DNA of 64,000 nucleotides from the human T2T-CHM13v2.0 reference genome, Homo sapiens (GCF_009914755.1 NC_060936.1), one strand, 5' to 3'; shown: positions 27,048 through 42,757, numbered from the stretch's first letter. Notes: generated by a model from the sequence alone, not told the origin. Made by a program: numbers and translations.

Positions 27048-30000
27048 CTCTTTCTGTGTTTTTCACTCTGTTCTATTGGTCTATATGTCTGTTCTTGTAT
27101 GAGTACCATGCTGTTTCGTATCCTTGTAGTATAGTTTGAAGTTTGGTCGCATGATGCCTCCAGCTTTATTATTTTTGCTTAGGATTGTCTTCGTTACTCA
27201 GGCTCCTTGTTGGTTCCATATGAATTTTAAAATAGTTTTTCCTAATTCTGTGAAGAATGTCAATGGTAGTTTAATGGGAATAGCACTGAATCTATACATT
27301 ACTTTGGGGAGTATGGACATTTTCACAACATTGATTCTTCCTATCCATGAGGATGGAATGTTTCTCCATTTGTGTGTGTCCTCTCTGATTTCTTTGAGTA
27401 GTGGTTTGTAGTGCTTGAAGAGGTCCTTCACTTCCCTTGTTAGCTGTATTCCTAGGTATTTTATTCTTTTTGTAGCAATTGTGAATGAGAGTTCATTCAT
27501 GATTTGGCTTTCTGCTTGCTTATTGTTGGTGTATAGGAATGCTAGTGATTTTTGCACACTGATTTTGTATCCTGAGATTTCGCTGAAGTTACTCATCAGA
27601 TTAAGAAACTTTTGGGCTGAGACAATGGAGTTTTCTAGATATAGGATCATGTCATCAACAAACAGGTTTAGTTTGAGTTCCTCTATTCCTATTTGGATGC
27701 CCTTTATTTCTTTATCTTGCCGGATTGCTCTGGCCAGAGCTTCCAATACTATGTTGAATAGCAGTGTTGAGGGTATCCTTGTCTTATGCCAGATTTCAAG
27801 GGGAATGTTTCCAGCTTTTTCCCATTCAGTATGATATTAGCTGTGGGTTTGTCATGTATGGCTCTTAATATTTTGAGGTACAGGTATGTTCCTTCAATAC
27901 TTTGTTTATTGAGAATTTTTAACATGAATGGATGTTGAATTTTATTGAAAGCTTTTTCTGCATCTATTGAGATAATCATGTGGTTTTTGTCTTTAGTTCT
28001 GTTTATGTGATGAATCACATTTATTGATTTGCATATGTTGAACCAACCTTGTATCCTGGGGATGAAGCCAACTTGATTGTGGTGGGTAAGCTTTTTGATG
28101 TGCTGCTGGAATTGTTTTGCCAGTATTTTATTGATGATTTTTGCATTGATGTTCATCAAGGATATTGGCCTGAAGTTTTGGTTTTTTGTTGTATCTCTGC
28201 CAGATTTTGGTATCAGGATGATGCTGGTCTCATAGAATGAGTTAAGGAAGAGTCTCTCCTTTTCAATTTTTGGCAATAGTTTCAGCAGAAATCGTACCAG
28301 CTCTTCCTTGTACCTCTGGTAGAATCAGCTGTGAATCTGTGTGGTCCTGGGCTTTTTTTTTGGTTGGTAGGCTATTTATTACTGCCAAAATTTCAGAACT
28401 AATTATTGGTCTATTCAGTGATTCAATTTCTTCCCAGTTCAGTCTTGGGAGAGTGTATGTGTCCAAGAATGTGTCCATTTCTTCTAGATTTTCTAGTTTA
28501 TCTGCATAGAGGTGTTTCTAGTATTCTCTGATAGTTGTTTGTATTTCTGTGGGGTCAGTAATGATATCCCCCTTATCATTTCTGATTGTGTTTATTTGAT
28601 TCTTCTCTCTTTTCTTCTTTATTAATCTAGCTAGCAGTCTATCTATTTTATTATTTTTTTCAAAAAACGAGCTCCTGGATTTGTTGATTTCTTTGAATGG
28701 TTTTTCGTGTCTCTATCTCCTTCAGTTTAGCTCTGATCTTGGTTATTTCTTGTCTTCTGCTAGCTTTGGGGTTTGTTTGCTCTTTGTTCTCTAGTTCTTT
28801 TAATTTTGATGTTAGTGTGTTGATTTTAGATCTTTCTAGGTTTTGGATGTGAGCATTTAGTGCTATAAATTTCCCTCTTAACACTGCTCTAGCTGCATCC
28901 CACAGATTCTGGTATGCTGTCTGTTTGTTCTCATTCGTTTCAAAGAACTTCTTGACTTCTGCCTTAATTTCATTATTTACCCAGGAGTCATTCAGGAGCA
29001 GGTTGCTCAATTTCCATGTAGTTGTGTGGTTTTGAGTGAATTTCTTAATCTTGAGTTCTAATTTGATTGTGCTGTCTGGGACTGTTATGATTTCAGTTCT
29101 TTTGCATTTGCTGAGGAGTGTTTTACTTCCGACTATGTGATCAATTATAGAGTAAGTGCCATGTGGCGATGAGAAGAATGTATATTCTGTTGTTTTGAGG
29201 TGCAGAGTTCTGTAGATATGTATCAGGTCCACTTGATCCAGAGCTGAGTTTAGGTCCCAAATATCTTTGTTAATTTTCTGTCTTAATGATCTGTCTAATA
29301 TTGGCAGTGGGGTGTTAAAGTCTTCCACTATTATTGTGTGGGAGTCTAAGTAAGTCTCTTTGCAGGTCTCCAAGAACTTGCTTTATGAATCTGGGTGCTC
29401 CTGTATTGGGTGCATATATATTTAGGATAGTTAGCTCTTCTTGTTGAATTGAACCCTTTACCATTATGTGACGCCTTTCTTTGTCTTTTTTCATCTTTGT
29501 TGGTTTAAAGCCTGTTTTGTCAGACACCAAGATTACAACCCTTGCTTTTTTCTGTTTTCCATTTGCTTGGTAAATTTTCCTCCATCCCTTTATTTTGAGC
29601 CTATGTATGTCTTTGCACATGTGATGGGTCTCTTAAAGACAGCGTATCCATGGGTCTTGACTATCCAGCTTGCTATTCCTTGCTTTTTAACTGGGGCATT
29701 TAGCCCATTTACATTTAAGTTTAGTCTTGTTATGTGAATTTGATCCTGTCATCATGATGCTAGCTGTTATTTTTCAGAGTTATTTATGTAGTTGCTTCAT
29801 AGCATCACTGGTCTGTGCACTTCAGTGTGTTTTCTGTTAATTCAACCATCTCAGCCTCAGCCCAGTTTAGTGTCTTTGCTGGTGAGGTGTTGCAGTCGTT
29901 TGGAAGAGAAGAGGCACTCTGGCTTTTTGAGTTTTCAGTGTTTTTGTATTGATTCTTTCTCATCTTTGTTGGCTTATCTACCTTCGATCTTTGAGGTTGC

Positions 30001-31569
30001 TGACCTTTGAATGAGGGTTTTGTGGGGTCTTTTTTGTTGATGTTGTTGTTGTTTTCTGTTTGTTTTTCTCTTTTAACAGGCCACTCTACTGCAGGGCTGC
30101 TACAGTTTGCTGGGGGTCTGTTCCAGACCCTAGTTGCCTTGGATTTCCCCATACCTGGAGGTTTCACCAGTGAAGGCTGCAGAACAGCAAAGATGGCAGC
30201 CAGCTCCTTCCTCTGGAAGCTCTGTCCCAGGGGGGTACTGACCTGTTGCTGGCCTGAATGCACCTGTAGGAGGTGTTCTGGAGACCCCTGTTGGGAGGTC
30301 TCACCCAGTTAGGAGGATATAGGATCAGGGACCCACTTAAAGAATCAGTATTGCTGCTTTTTGGTAGAGCAGGTGTTCTGTGTTGGAGGTGGATCCTTCC
30401 TTATCCAGACCATTTGTATTCTCCAAAGCCAGCAGGCTGGAATGGCTGAGGTGACCAAACTGCAGAGATGGTGGCTGCCCCTCCCCCTGGAGCTCCATCC
30501 CAGGGAGAGATCAGAATTCTTCCCATAGACCCTGGCTGGAGTGGCTGAAGCCCCTGCAGAGAGGTCCCACCCAGTGAGGAGGACTGGATTGAGGCTGCAC
30601 TTAAAGAAGCAGTCTGGCCATGATCTGGCAAAGTGGCTGTGGTATGTTGTAGGGGACCCATCTTTCTCTGGACCATTTGTATTCTCCAGAGCCAGCAGGC
30701 TGGAATGGCTAAGTCTACTGAACTGCAGAGATGGTTGCCACCTATCCCCCTGGTTACTTGGACCTATCTCAGGCAGATTCCAGCCTGTTGCTGTTGGCTG
30801 GCTGGAATTCCAAGCCAGTGGGTCTTAACTTGTGAGGTGCTGTGGAAGTGGTGCCTGCAGAATGATGCTGCTTGGCTCCCTGGATTCAGCCCCCCTTCCT
30901 AGGGATATGTATGGATGGATTTCCCACCTTGCTGGGTATCCTGGGACCAGAGTATGTAAAACTCATGGGTCTCTGTATGTGCCTGAGCAGATGCTCTGCC
31001 GAGACTCCACACAGTTCTGTGTGTGCCTGAGCAGATGCTCTGCCAAGACTCCACACTGCTCTGTGTATTGGACCCAAGGCCCTGGTGGTGTGGGCTCATG
31101 TGAGGATCTCCTTATCTGTGGGTTACAAAGACCCATGAGAGAGTGTGGTTTCCCAGGTGGGGTTGCACAATCACTCACTGCTTCCCTTGCTGGAGGTGAG
31201 GGTTTCTTTGGCTCCATGCCACTCTCAGGTGGGCCATTGCCTGCCCTCCCTACTTTTCTTCATTCTCCATGGGTCAAGTTGTTTGCCGAGTAAGTCCCAA
31301 TATGAGAACCTGGATATTGGAGTTGAAGGTGCTGGATTTACTCACTCACTTTCATTCCTTTCCGTGAGTAAAGATTTATATTAGTTTCAGTTTTATTTTC
31401 CTGTTGGATGCTGTTGCTTTGAATTTGCCTAGATCTCATGAAACCATGAGTCTATAAAGGTTATACTTCCAATCTGTCATAGTTTTATTTAATTTAGTGG
31501 TTCTCAACTTTGACCATACATTAGAATCCCCTGGGGAGCTTTAAAAAGAGCAGTATCTAGATCTCATCT

Positions 31570-32517
31570 CTAAAAATTCTGAATTTCATATGGAACCAAA
31601 AAAGAGCCTGAATAGCCAAAGCAGTCCTAGGCAAAAAGAACAAATCTGGAGGTATCACATTATCAGACTTCAAGCATACTATCAAGCAATAGTTACCAAA
31701 ACAGCATGGTACTGGTATAAAAGTAGACACATAGACTGGTGGAACAGAATAGAGAACCCAGAAATAAGGCCAAATACTTAACAACCAACTGATCTTCAAC
31801 AAAACATACAGAAACATAAATTTGGGAGAGGACACCCAATTTAATAAATGGTGCTGGGAAAACTCAATAGTCATATGCATAAGAATACAACTTTGGGTTC
31901 CTATCTCTCACCTTATACAAAAAATCAACTCAGGATGGATCAAAGACTTAGATGTAAGACCTAAAACCATAAAAATTCTAGAAGATAACCTAGGAAGAAC
32001 TCTCCTGGACATTGGCCTAAGCAAAGAATTCATGACTAAACTCCTATAAGCAAATGCAACTAAAACCAAAATAAATAAATGAGACCTAATTAAACTAAAA
32101 AGCTTCTGCACAGTAAAAGAAACAATCCTCAGAGTAAACAGACAATCAACAGAATGGGAGAAAATATTTGCAAACTATTCATCCAACAAAGGACTAATAT
32201 CCAGAATCTACAAGGAACTCAAACAAATCAGCAAGAAAAAAAAAATAATCCCAGCAAAAAGTGGGCAAATGACATGAATAGACATTTCTTAGACGAATAC
32301 ATACAAAAGGACCAACAAACATATGAAAAAGTGCTTAACATCACTAATCATCAGAGAAATGCAAATTGAAACTACAATGAGATACTACCTTACCCCTGCA
32401 AGAATGGCCATTATTAAAAGGTCAAAAAACAATAGATGTTGGCATGGGGGTGATGAAAAAGGAACATTTATACACTGCTGGTGGGAATGTAAATTAGTAC
32501 AGCATTTATGGAAAACA
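31570..32517 (+). mobile_element. L1PB/L1MA ORF2 3' fragment
   Basis: [20 protein letters not shown] and [10 protein letters not shown] peptides. Confidence 0.9.
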
Positions 32518-32520
32518 TTT

Positions 32521-33190
<670 letters not shown>

Positions 33191-33240
33191 CCTTTGGAAG
33201 AAGATAGGTGGCTATAAAGATATAAGAATGGTGATTTTCA

Positions 33241-33533
33241 GCTGGGCACAGTGGCTCACACCTATAATCTCAGCACTTTGGGAGGCTGAGGCAGATGGAC
33301 TGCTTGAGCTTAGGAGTTTGAGACCAGCCTGGGGAACATGGTGAAATCCTGTCTCTACAAAAAAGAGAAAAACTAGCCAGCCATGATGGCATGCACCTGT
33401 AGTCCCAGCTACTCGGTGGGCTGAAGTGGGAGGATCGCTGGAGCCCAGGAGGTTGAGGCTGAGTGATCTGTGATTGCACCATTGCACTCTAACTTGGGCA
33501 TCAAAGTGAGAGCTCATCTCTTTAAAAAAAAAA
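33241..33533 (+). mobile_element. AluJ
   Basis: J diagnostics; TSD GTGATTTTCA. Confidence 0.93.
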
Positions 33534-35305
33534 GTGATTTTCATGTAAAAATTGCCAGTCTCTAATACTATGCCAAAGGCTTTTATTGAAGTTCATTATC
33601 AGAATCTTAATTGGATAAAAATTTAAACCAGTATGAAATTTATATAAAAACATTTTTCTATATAAAAAGCAAGTTAGTATCATGTACAAGTTAACCTATT
33701 TAAATGTGGTTAGAATATTGCAGAAAGATAATGACTCTGCAGAGCCGTGGAAGGCTGTGGATGGAATTGCTCTGCATGGTAGAATAGATACATGTTAGGT
33801 AGGCAAAAGGACATTTAGAATTATTAAATTAAAATAAAATAGTTTTTGTTCATGCTTGAAGTAATATTACCTATAAAAATATATTATATTCCTTTTACTG
33901 TCTAGCACGCATTTGATTTTCCGTTTCTAATTTTTTTTTAATGTTTGGGAAACACTTCAAAATAATGGTTAAGAACTCAGGCTTTGTGGGGGTGTCTGCT
34001 TTGGGGGAGGATGGAGAAGAACACAAAAGACCTTCTTTCTCATAGAAACAGAAAAAAAACCCCAAAAACAAAAAACTAAAAATAAAAGTATTTTCTATGG
34101 GGCTAGCCAGGGGTGGTATTCACACAAGGAAGCCTTGATTAACTGAATTCCAGAGAGAAAGAGCCCTTTATAAGTGAGCAGAGAGCCAAGGCAGCTTTAA
34201 GCCTGGGGCAGCTTCCTGGTCTGGTTATGGGTAGGTAGGTCTGATAGAGAAACTTGACAGGGTGAGGGGGAAATAAGGTGGGCTTTGGACCAAGTAGGAC
34301 TGTCAAGATAAATTAAGAGTCTGGAAAAAGCCCCCAAAGCCAGAGCAGATTATTGGGTTCAGCATTTCTTCCCTAAACCCTCCCCAACCATGAATTTTGC
34401 TGAGAAAGTTACAGTGGAGGAAGGGCTGGTAAGAAGAGAGAAATTGCTTAGTCATATGCATTCCTGTGGTATTTGAATTTCAGGTCTTTTCCTGGAGATG
34501 AATCCAAAGATGAACCAAAAATATATGAGACTGTAACCAAGCTTCTCCCAGTTCAGCTACTGAAAACATAAAAGGGCTATGACCTAGGAAGTTGAGAGCT
34601 GGGCTAATCACATGTAGTTTCAATTTAATTAAAACTGAAACCCAGACCCAGATCTACTGGACTCTAAAAGAAATATGAATGATCATTTCTCACCCCAATT
34701 ACCAGATAGAGAAAAAGATTTCACTCTCTGGGGGGAAATAATTAAAACAAATCTAAATGTTATACTTCAGCCACCACTGTTCTTTTATACACAATATCTG
34801 GAATATAATAAAAAATTATGAAGCATGCTAAGAAACAAGAAAATAGGATCTATAATCAAAAGAAAAGTTAGTCAATAGAAACAGACCCATAGAATCCACA
34901 GTTATTGAAATTAATAGGACCTTAAAACAGCTATTGCATATATATTTTTAAAAGTTGTGGGGAAATGGATGTAATGGGTGCAAAGATTGGGTATTTCAGA
35001 AGAGAAATGACAAATTCCTAAAAAGAACAAAATAGAAATTCTAGAACTGAAAAATGAATGTCTGAATGAAACAATTATTAGATGGGCTTAACATAGGTTG
35101 AATACTGCAGAAGTAAAGATTTTGAAGTGAACTTAAAGACAGAAAACTGATGTGTCTGTATTAATCAGATAAAATATACTTTCAAGCAAGAGGTATTACC
35201 AAGTAAAGGACATTTTATAAAGATAGAAGGGAAAGTCATCAAGAAGAAAATAGTTCTAAATGTGTATGAAGTTCAAAATATATCAAGCAAAAATGGATAG
35301 AAATA

Positions 35306-35669
<364 letters not shown>

Positions 35670-36356
35670 TCAGTAATTGATAGTGTAAATAGACAACAAT
35701 TTAGAAAGAAAATAGAAAATCTGAATCACCCTATCAATCATCTTAATTTAATTGACATTTATAGAACACTACCCCAAACAACTGCAGAATACTTATTCTT
35801 TTCAAATGCACTTAGAATATTTACCAAGATAGGACACGTGCAGAACTATGAAAAGAAGTCTCAATAGAGTTCAAAATACAGAATTTACACAGAGTATGTT
35901 CTTGGAACACAATAGAAAACAATAACATAAAGATATCTAGAAAAATCCCCAAATAGTTGTACATTTAACAACACATTTCAAAGAAGGAATCACAAGGAAA
36001 AAGAGAAAATATTTTGAACTCAATTATAGTTAAAATACAACATGTCAGAATTTGCCAGATGTAGTAAGGCAGTGCTTAAAGGGAGATTTATAGCTTTAAA
36101 TGCTTGTATTAGGATAAAAAATGGCTTAAAATCAATGCTCTCATCTTCTACCTTAAGGAGCTACTAAAAGAAAAGGCAAATTAAACACAAAATAGGTAGA
36201 AGGAAATAAATAATAAAGAGCAGAAGTCAATGAAATAGAAAAATGAAGAGAGCCAACAAAGCCAAAAGTTGGTTAATTAGAAAAATAAATTTGTTTAAAA
36301 ATTATGGTTGTGAAAAAAGAGAGAAAACATAAAATCTCAACATCAAAAGTGAAAAA

Positions 36357-36888
<532 letters not shown>

Positions 36889-37484
36889 TCAATGACTTTG
36901 AACAAACTCCTTGAGAAACACAAATGAACAAATCTGACAAGAAATAGAAAGTTTGAATAGCCTTGTATCTGTTGAGGAAATTATATTAGAAATTGTAAAA
37001 CCCTCCCACAAACTATTACAGGGTCAAATGGTTTCCCTGGTGAATTCTCACAAACATTTAAGGAAGAAATAATGCCAACATTACACAAATTTATAAGCAT
37101 TAGAAATTGTTATTATTATCAATATTGTTTTCATAAGTCTCCTCCCTCAGTTATCAGTTTCCATCTTAAAGCAGCAGAACTTTTCATAGTCTTCTAGAAA
37201 AACTCTGAATTCAATGGAAGATGACCTTGTAAATCCTATCCTACCTTTCCTATCTGTGTTCCTTTGAATTAGAATGATACGTGGTGTTTACAAAACACCC
37301 TATATTGCTGTTGCCTCTGACTAATCTTTTCTAATCTTTTTACACAAAATCACTTTGTTCCTCTGGGACTTGAGAAGAAGGGCTGCCAAGCCATGTCAAG
37401 GTGTCATCAAAAGCTTTTCAGGGTCTTATTACACCTGGTTTTCTGGTAATTTTTAAATAACAACTAACACTCTGTTTACTTCTT

Positions 37485-37558
37485 TCTTTTTTTTTTCTTT
37501 TTTTTTTTTATTATACTCTAAGTTTTAGGGTACATGTGCACATTGTGCAGGTTAGTTA
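37485..37558 (-). mobile_element. L1HS 3' stub (49 nt plus poly(A))
   Basis: Reverse complement TAACTAACCTGCACAATGTGCACATGTACCCTAAAACTTAGAGTATAAT with the L1HS-type G in CTTAGAGTAT. Confidence 0.85.
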
Positions 37559-37913
37559 GTATTCTTGTATAAGCCCTTTCTGGAGCTGACAAAGAATTGT
37601 TCAGATTATGTGTTTCCTGCTTTAATTTGATTTTATATAATAGGCTCACATTAAAATTTGTATAGTAAATGGAAAATCTGTGAGCAATCACAATAATGGC
37701 TGGAATAACCTTTCCTTTTTTCCTGTCCTTCCTCAGAAATACTAAGAGCTGGTTAGACTATATCCTTCTGAAACATTCTTTATCACTGTTGTTTGATGTA
37801 GTTCCAGCCACATCTAACACAGGAGGCATCCAAACTTCTTTGAGTTGAAATGACTGAGGATGCACTTTTCAGAGACCCCAGGAAACTGGCAGTGTTGACT
37901 GAAGAATACTCAC

Positions 37914-38010
37914 AGCAAGAATGAGTGGCTAAGCCATGTCAGTGATGAGGCACCTACTGCTCTGGATACCTCTACCATGGTTTCTTTACTCTCTCCCCAG
38001 CAGCATAAAT
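37914..38010 (-). pseudogene. Fossil exon candidate, 97 nt
   Basis: Weak acceptor, donor GCT|GTGAGT; open frame LCCWGESKETMVEVSRAVGASSLTWLSHSFL, phase-compatible with 21762. Confidence 0.3.
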
Positions 38011-38135
38011 CTGAATGTTTTAGACCTCAAGATGTCTGGCCTCAGTAAAAAATAGTTTTCTGATGGACTGTGATATTCTACTCTTAGTAAAGACTAAGCT
38101 GCTATAACTGAGAAACTCTAAAATAGAATAGCTTT

Positions 38136-38481
38136 TTATTAGTCTGTTCTCATGCTGCTACTAAAGACATACCTGAGACTGTATAATTTATAAATGAAAG
38201 AGGTTTAATGGACTCACAATTCAGCATAGTTAGGAGGCCTCACAATCACGACAAAAGGCAAAAGAAGAGCAAAGTCATGTCTTACACGGCAGCAGGCAGG
38301 AGAGGGCTTGTGCAGGGGAACTCCCATTTATAAAACCATCATGTCTTGTGAGACATATTCACTACTACAAGAACAGTATGGGGGTAATCACCCCCATGAT
38401 TCAATTATCTCCACCCTTGACAGGTGGGAATTATTACAATTCAAGGTGAGATTTGGGTGGGGACACAGCAAAACCACATCA
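38136..38481 (-). mobile_element. THE1-type solo LTR
   Basis: TATTAGTCTGTTCTCATGCTGCTA...GGGGACACAGCAAAACCACATCA; TSD GCTTT. Confidence 0.9.
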
Positions 38482-38789
38482 GCTTTAATAAGATAAAAGT
38501 TTATTTTTCTCTATCTGGTTGTGGAAGTCCTTTGTATAAAGTTATTTAAGTTCTGGTTTTTTTTTTTATATTTTTGAGTAAACATACATTGAGTATCTAT
38601 TCTGTTCTAGGTGAAATGCTGGGGACTGGGAACAATCAAATTAATAAGTGTTCTTGTCCTCAAGAAGCTCAGGATCACATTTTGTGTGGGTGTGCATGCA
38701 TGCATGTTTTTGGGGGACAGGTGTTACAAATAAATAGCCTTTAAGTGTGATAATATTATATTGTTTACTGAGTGCAGATTTTAATGTCA

Positions 38790-38790
<1 letters not shown>

Positions 38791-38822
<32 letters not shown>
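38791..38822. repeat. (CA)16 within an old L1 3' end
   Basis: Direct reading. Confidence 0.95.
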
Positions 38823-38824
<2 letters not shown>

Positions 38825-39183
38825 TGGTAACTAATGGATGTGTCAGTTAATGTAACTGGTAATCAGAACACTATGTATATCAAACCATGATGTACAACTT
38901 GAATAATATATAATTTGTATTCATCAATGAAATATTTAAAAATAAAAAAGAGAATAAAGGTGCAGTGGAGGTAGAAGGAAATGAAAGCCAAGTAAGGAAT
39001 TAAAGACAGATCTTCAAAGAGATCTCAAGGAGATTAAAGTATTATTTTTATTATAATACATGTAATAATAAGTCATCTGTTCCTGAGAAGTATCTCTGTT
39101 TTCACCCTGTTTTGGCTTGAAAGCAGGTATCAACAATTCTTTGCAGTCATCTTAAAGAATATTTCTTACTATCCAGACAATAA

Positions 39184-39465
39184 GACCGGGTCCAGTGGCT
39201 CACACCTATGAGCACTTTGGGAGGCTGAGGTGGGTGGATCACGAGGTCAGGAGTTTGAGACCAGCCTGACCAACATGGTGAAGCCCTGTTTCTACTAAAA
39301 ATACAAAAATTAGCCAGGCGTGGTGGTGTGTGCCTGTAATCCCAGCTACTCAGGAGGCTGAGGCAGGAGAATTGCTTGAACTCCGAAGGCAGAGGTTGCA
39401 GTGAGCCGAGATTGTGCCGTGAACTCCAGCCTGGGCGACAGAGTGAGACTCTGTCTCAAAAAAAA
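39184..39465 (+). mobile_element. AluSg-like
   Basis: GGATCACGAGGTCAGGAGTTTGAGACCAGCC. Confidence 0.92.
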
Positions 39466-41174
39466 CTACTATAGCCAGCAATATTCATTTTACTGAATAT
39501 TTTGTAAGGGATAAGGGCAATTAGCATTGCATGGCTCATTCCACTATTATTCCTCTTTTTCAGCTCTCCAATCCTGAAGTCAAAATGGAATGCATCTCTG
39601 CTCTTCCTCTGGGCATCATCTAATTTTTTTGTTCTTGTTTTCCTTGTGCTGGAATCTACAACACCCTCTCCTAGCCCCTCAACCAGCCTTTCTTCTGCAG
39701 AGCAACTTAGTTCTAATTAGCAACTACAAACCTATTCACCTACATCCAAGAGTTCAGTAGTGTCTTTTAAGTATGTAACAGGCAATTCTTTTACATTTTA
39801 TTGAGATGACTACTTTAAAAAAATTGGTTGCTACCCAGAACTGTTTAGAACATTGCTTGCTTTAGGTAAGTGAGTGAAGCAAGATGTGATAACATAGGGC
39901 TGGGGGACTAGAGTTGGGTAATATGGTAGCACATGATTTTGTTACTTGAGATTGCCTGTAATTGTAGACATCAGTGAGCAGGGTGATATGAACCTCACAG
40001 GGGCTCTTGAAGTTCTGCTTCTTCCCTATTCCTTAATGCAATACAATATTTAGGTTCATCTTTTCAATTTTCCTGGAGAAATTAAATACTGTGCCATAAT
40101 AAAAAAATAAGTAATTTGAAAGTAAAGGAAGGGCATGAATGGAGAGAAGGCAGGAAAACATTCTAGGTTGGAAAAAATGGCAGAAGTAATGTTGGGACAT
40201 TGGAGTGATGGTGGAGGTGGGAATAGAGTCTAGGATCTCTTCATCCCATACTATGCATCTATCTTCACAAAATTAGTATGGCCAAATATTAAATCAGCTC
40301 ATTTCTGGTTGGGAAAAGTAGGGTGAATGTGCCTTTCTAGCTGTCCTTGAGATGTAAATCTCCTGTAACATAGCTTCCCTAGTGGTCACCTCAAAGGCTT
40401 TGTTCTCTCCAGGATAGATGCTACAGAGTGGGACAGTACTTGGTGTGTGTGTATCTCAATTTTTTTTTAACATGACAAATTGAACTAGGGGCAAGAGAAG
40501 GATAGACAGAGGAGCCTATGATGGGGTGGTGGATACTAAATATTTTCCAGGTGTAAGGAGCAGAGGAGGAAAAGGGAGACTGGGTAACCCTTTTTCAGAC
40601 CATCATTTAGTCCATTTTATGTTGCAAATATTAGCAAACCTACTCCAGCTTTCTTAAACAGTAGGGTTTTCATTACAACATAGTTAAGAGAGTAGGCTTA
40701 GGAGTAAGATTGCTTGATCCTGAGTAAGTTACTTAATCTTGGTGTCTCAGTTTCTTCATTCCAGTTAAGTAAATATATTTAAATTAAATTATATTAGTTA
40801 GTAAATGTAAAGCACACAGAAAAGTGTTTGGCTTCTGGTGAGCTTTCAATAAGTGTTAACTATTATTTGTTATTATTATTTTAACAAAACCAACCTCCAA
40901 AACCTATGAAGTCAGTTTACAGAAAGCCACCAGGAAAAGGGAAATAAGAAGATTCTTTACTTTGCTGTCATTTGATACACTTAGCATTTTAAATGACTAT
41001 ATGTACAATATTAACCATGCCTTTCCACAAAACTATGTGTGTGCATATGAATTACAGGGCTTTCATTTGAAACTGAACTATCTGTGTTTGTAGTCACTTT
41101 AATCATACAACAAACCTACAAAATATTTAAGCATAAATTATCATGATGACTAAATATGGAAAAGCTTCTGTTAC

Positions 41175-41432
41175 CAAAACCTGCACCCAAATTGACTGCA
41201 CAGGATGGGTAATTGGATGGTGGTGTAAAGAATGCTCATGAGGACTAGGCTGCTGCTAATTAGATCTTCTATGCTATTTAAATGTTCTCCAAGCTTCAGG
41301 GAGTGCCCTGAAGGCAGTTGGACATTAGCCTTGTGGTTTTTGAGGGTAACCTACAGTTTGTCAGCACAGGGGTGGAGGTGAGCACCATGGGACTTTTCCC
41401 AGGCTGCTGGTTAACATACTGTGGTTTCAATC
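41175..41432 (-). pseudogene. Fossil exon candidate, 258 nt
   Basis: Long pyrimidine tract plus TAAAG acceptor, donor TTG|GTAACA; GLKPQYVNQQPGKSPMVLTSTPVLTNCRLPSK... then stops/frameshift. Confidence 0.35.
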
Positions 41433-41625
41433 CTTTAAGCCAATAAATGGAGGAGAGAGAAAGAAGGCAGACTGAAATTAGAGGAAAAGAGACAAAGAAA
41501 GGAAAAGTGGAAGTAAGAATAATATTCATGAAATGTCTTCTTTGGGCCAGATATTTTTTTAGGAACTTTCACATATTGTGCTTACATCAACTCTGTGGGA
41601 AATGTATGATTATACTATCCTCATT

Positions 41626-42141
41626 TGTAACAGACATTGTTGGGTGCCTATATAACATATAACAGCTATTTTTCTTCATTTTTTTCTTGCTGATGGCGCT
41701 TTTTTTTTTTTAGTGTTTACTTCCCATACAAAACTTATGTCTCCATGTCTCCATCCTTCAGCAATAGGGGTAATTCTGAAAGGTCATTGTTTTGCAATTG
41801 CCCTTGAAAGGAAATTCTTGGACATAACAACAGATAAGATTCTAGCCAATGAAAGGTGATGAGAAGGTTGCTGAGAAGTTTCTGAGAAAGGTTTCTTTAT
41901 TCTTTAACAAATACCCTGGAAAGAGACAGGCCTTCTGCTGCTGTTCATGGTTGTACCTGCACAGGATGCCTGAAAAGGAGTAACCGTGGGGTCAGAAGAG
42001 GAGCCAGCGTGAGGACAAAGCAGATACACTGAAGTACCACCTGTCACTGAATTTTTGTGCAAGAGTATAAACATTCTCATTGTTTAATCTTTCTGTGGGA
42101 GACGCTTTACTATGTGTAGCAAAGTCATTCTAACTGACATA
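41626..42141 (+). mobile_element. LTR33/LTR16-like ERVL LTR inserted in MIR
   Basis: TGTAACAGAC start, TTCTAGCCAATGA motif, CATTCTAACTGACATAC end; MIR halves on both sides. Confidence 0.6.
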
Positions 42142-42384
42142 CCATTTTCCATTGTATGAGAAAACTGATGTACAGAAAGGTTAAGAAACTTGCCTGCATT
42201 TGCATGCATAATGAGGAGTGGAGAGAACAGGTTGTGCCTTCTAATATACAGGCAAGATATGTCTCTTTTAAACAGCACATACAGACACACTCCAAAATGA
42301 CAATTTCCATCATTTTTTAAAAATTAAATGAGACAAAGACTCTAAAACTATTTAAATAACATGTACATTACTGTCTTGGGATTT

Positions 42385-42757
42385 ATTTTTGTTTCAGCTC
42401 TATTGAGATATAGTTGACAAATAAAATGGTATGAATTTAAGGTGTACAATGTGATGATTTGATGTATGTATATATTGTGAAAAGACCAAAATAAAGTCAG
42501 TTAACATATCTATTACTTCACCTTGTTATCATTTTTTTTGCGGTGAGAACATTTAATATCTGCTCTCTTAGGAAATATCAAATATACAACACAGTATTGT
42601 TAATTATAGTCTGTGTTCCCTTTGACCAATGTCTCCCCATTTCCCTGACTTCCTAGCCCCTGCTAATCAACATTATATTTTGTTTCTATAAGTTTGACTT
42701 TTTCTGGTTCCACATATATGTGAGATTATACAGCATTTGTCTTTCTCTATTTGACTT
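42385..42757 (-). mobile_element. L1MA 3' end
   Basis: TATTGAGATATAGTTGACAAATAAAA...AAGGTGTACAATGTGATG. Confidence 0.8.

Noticed and set aside
30300-30760. Repeat of about 265 bp in the L1 5'UTR as a novel duplication
   Set aside because: Repeated blocks of this kind are, as I recall, part of older L1PA 5'UTRs.
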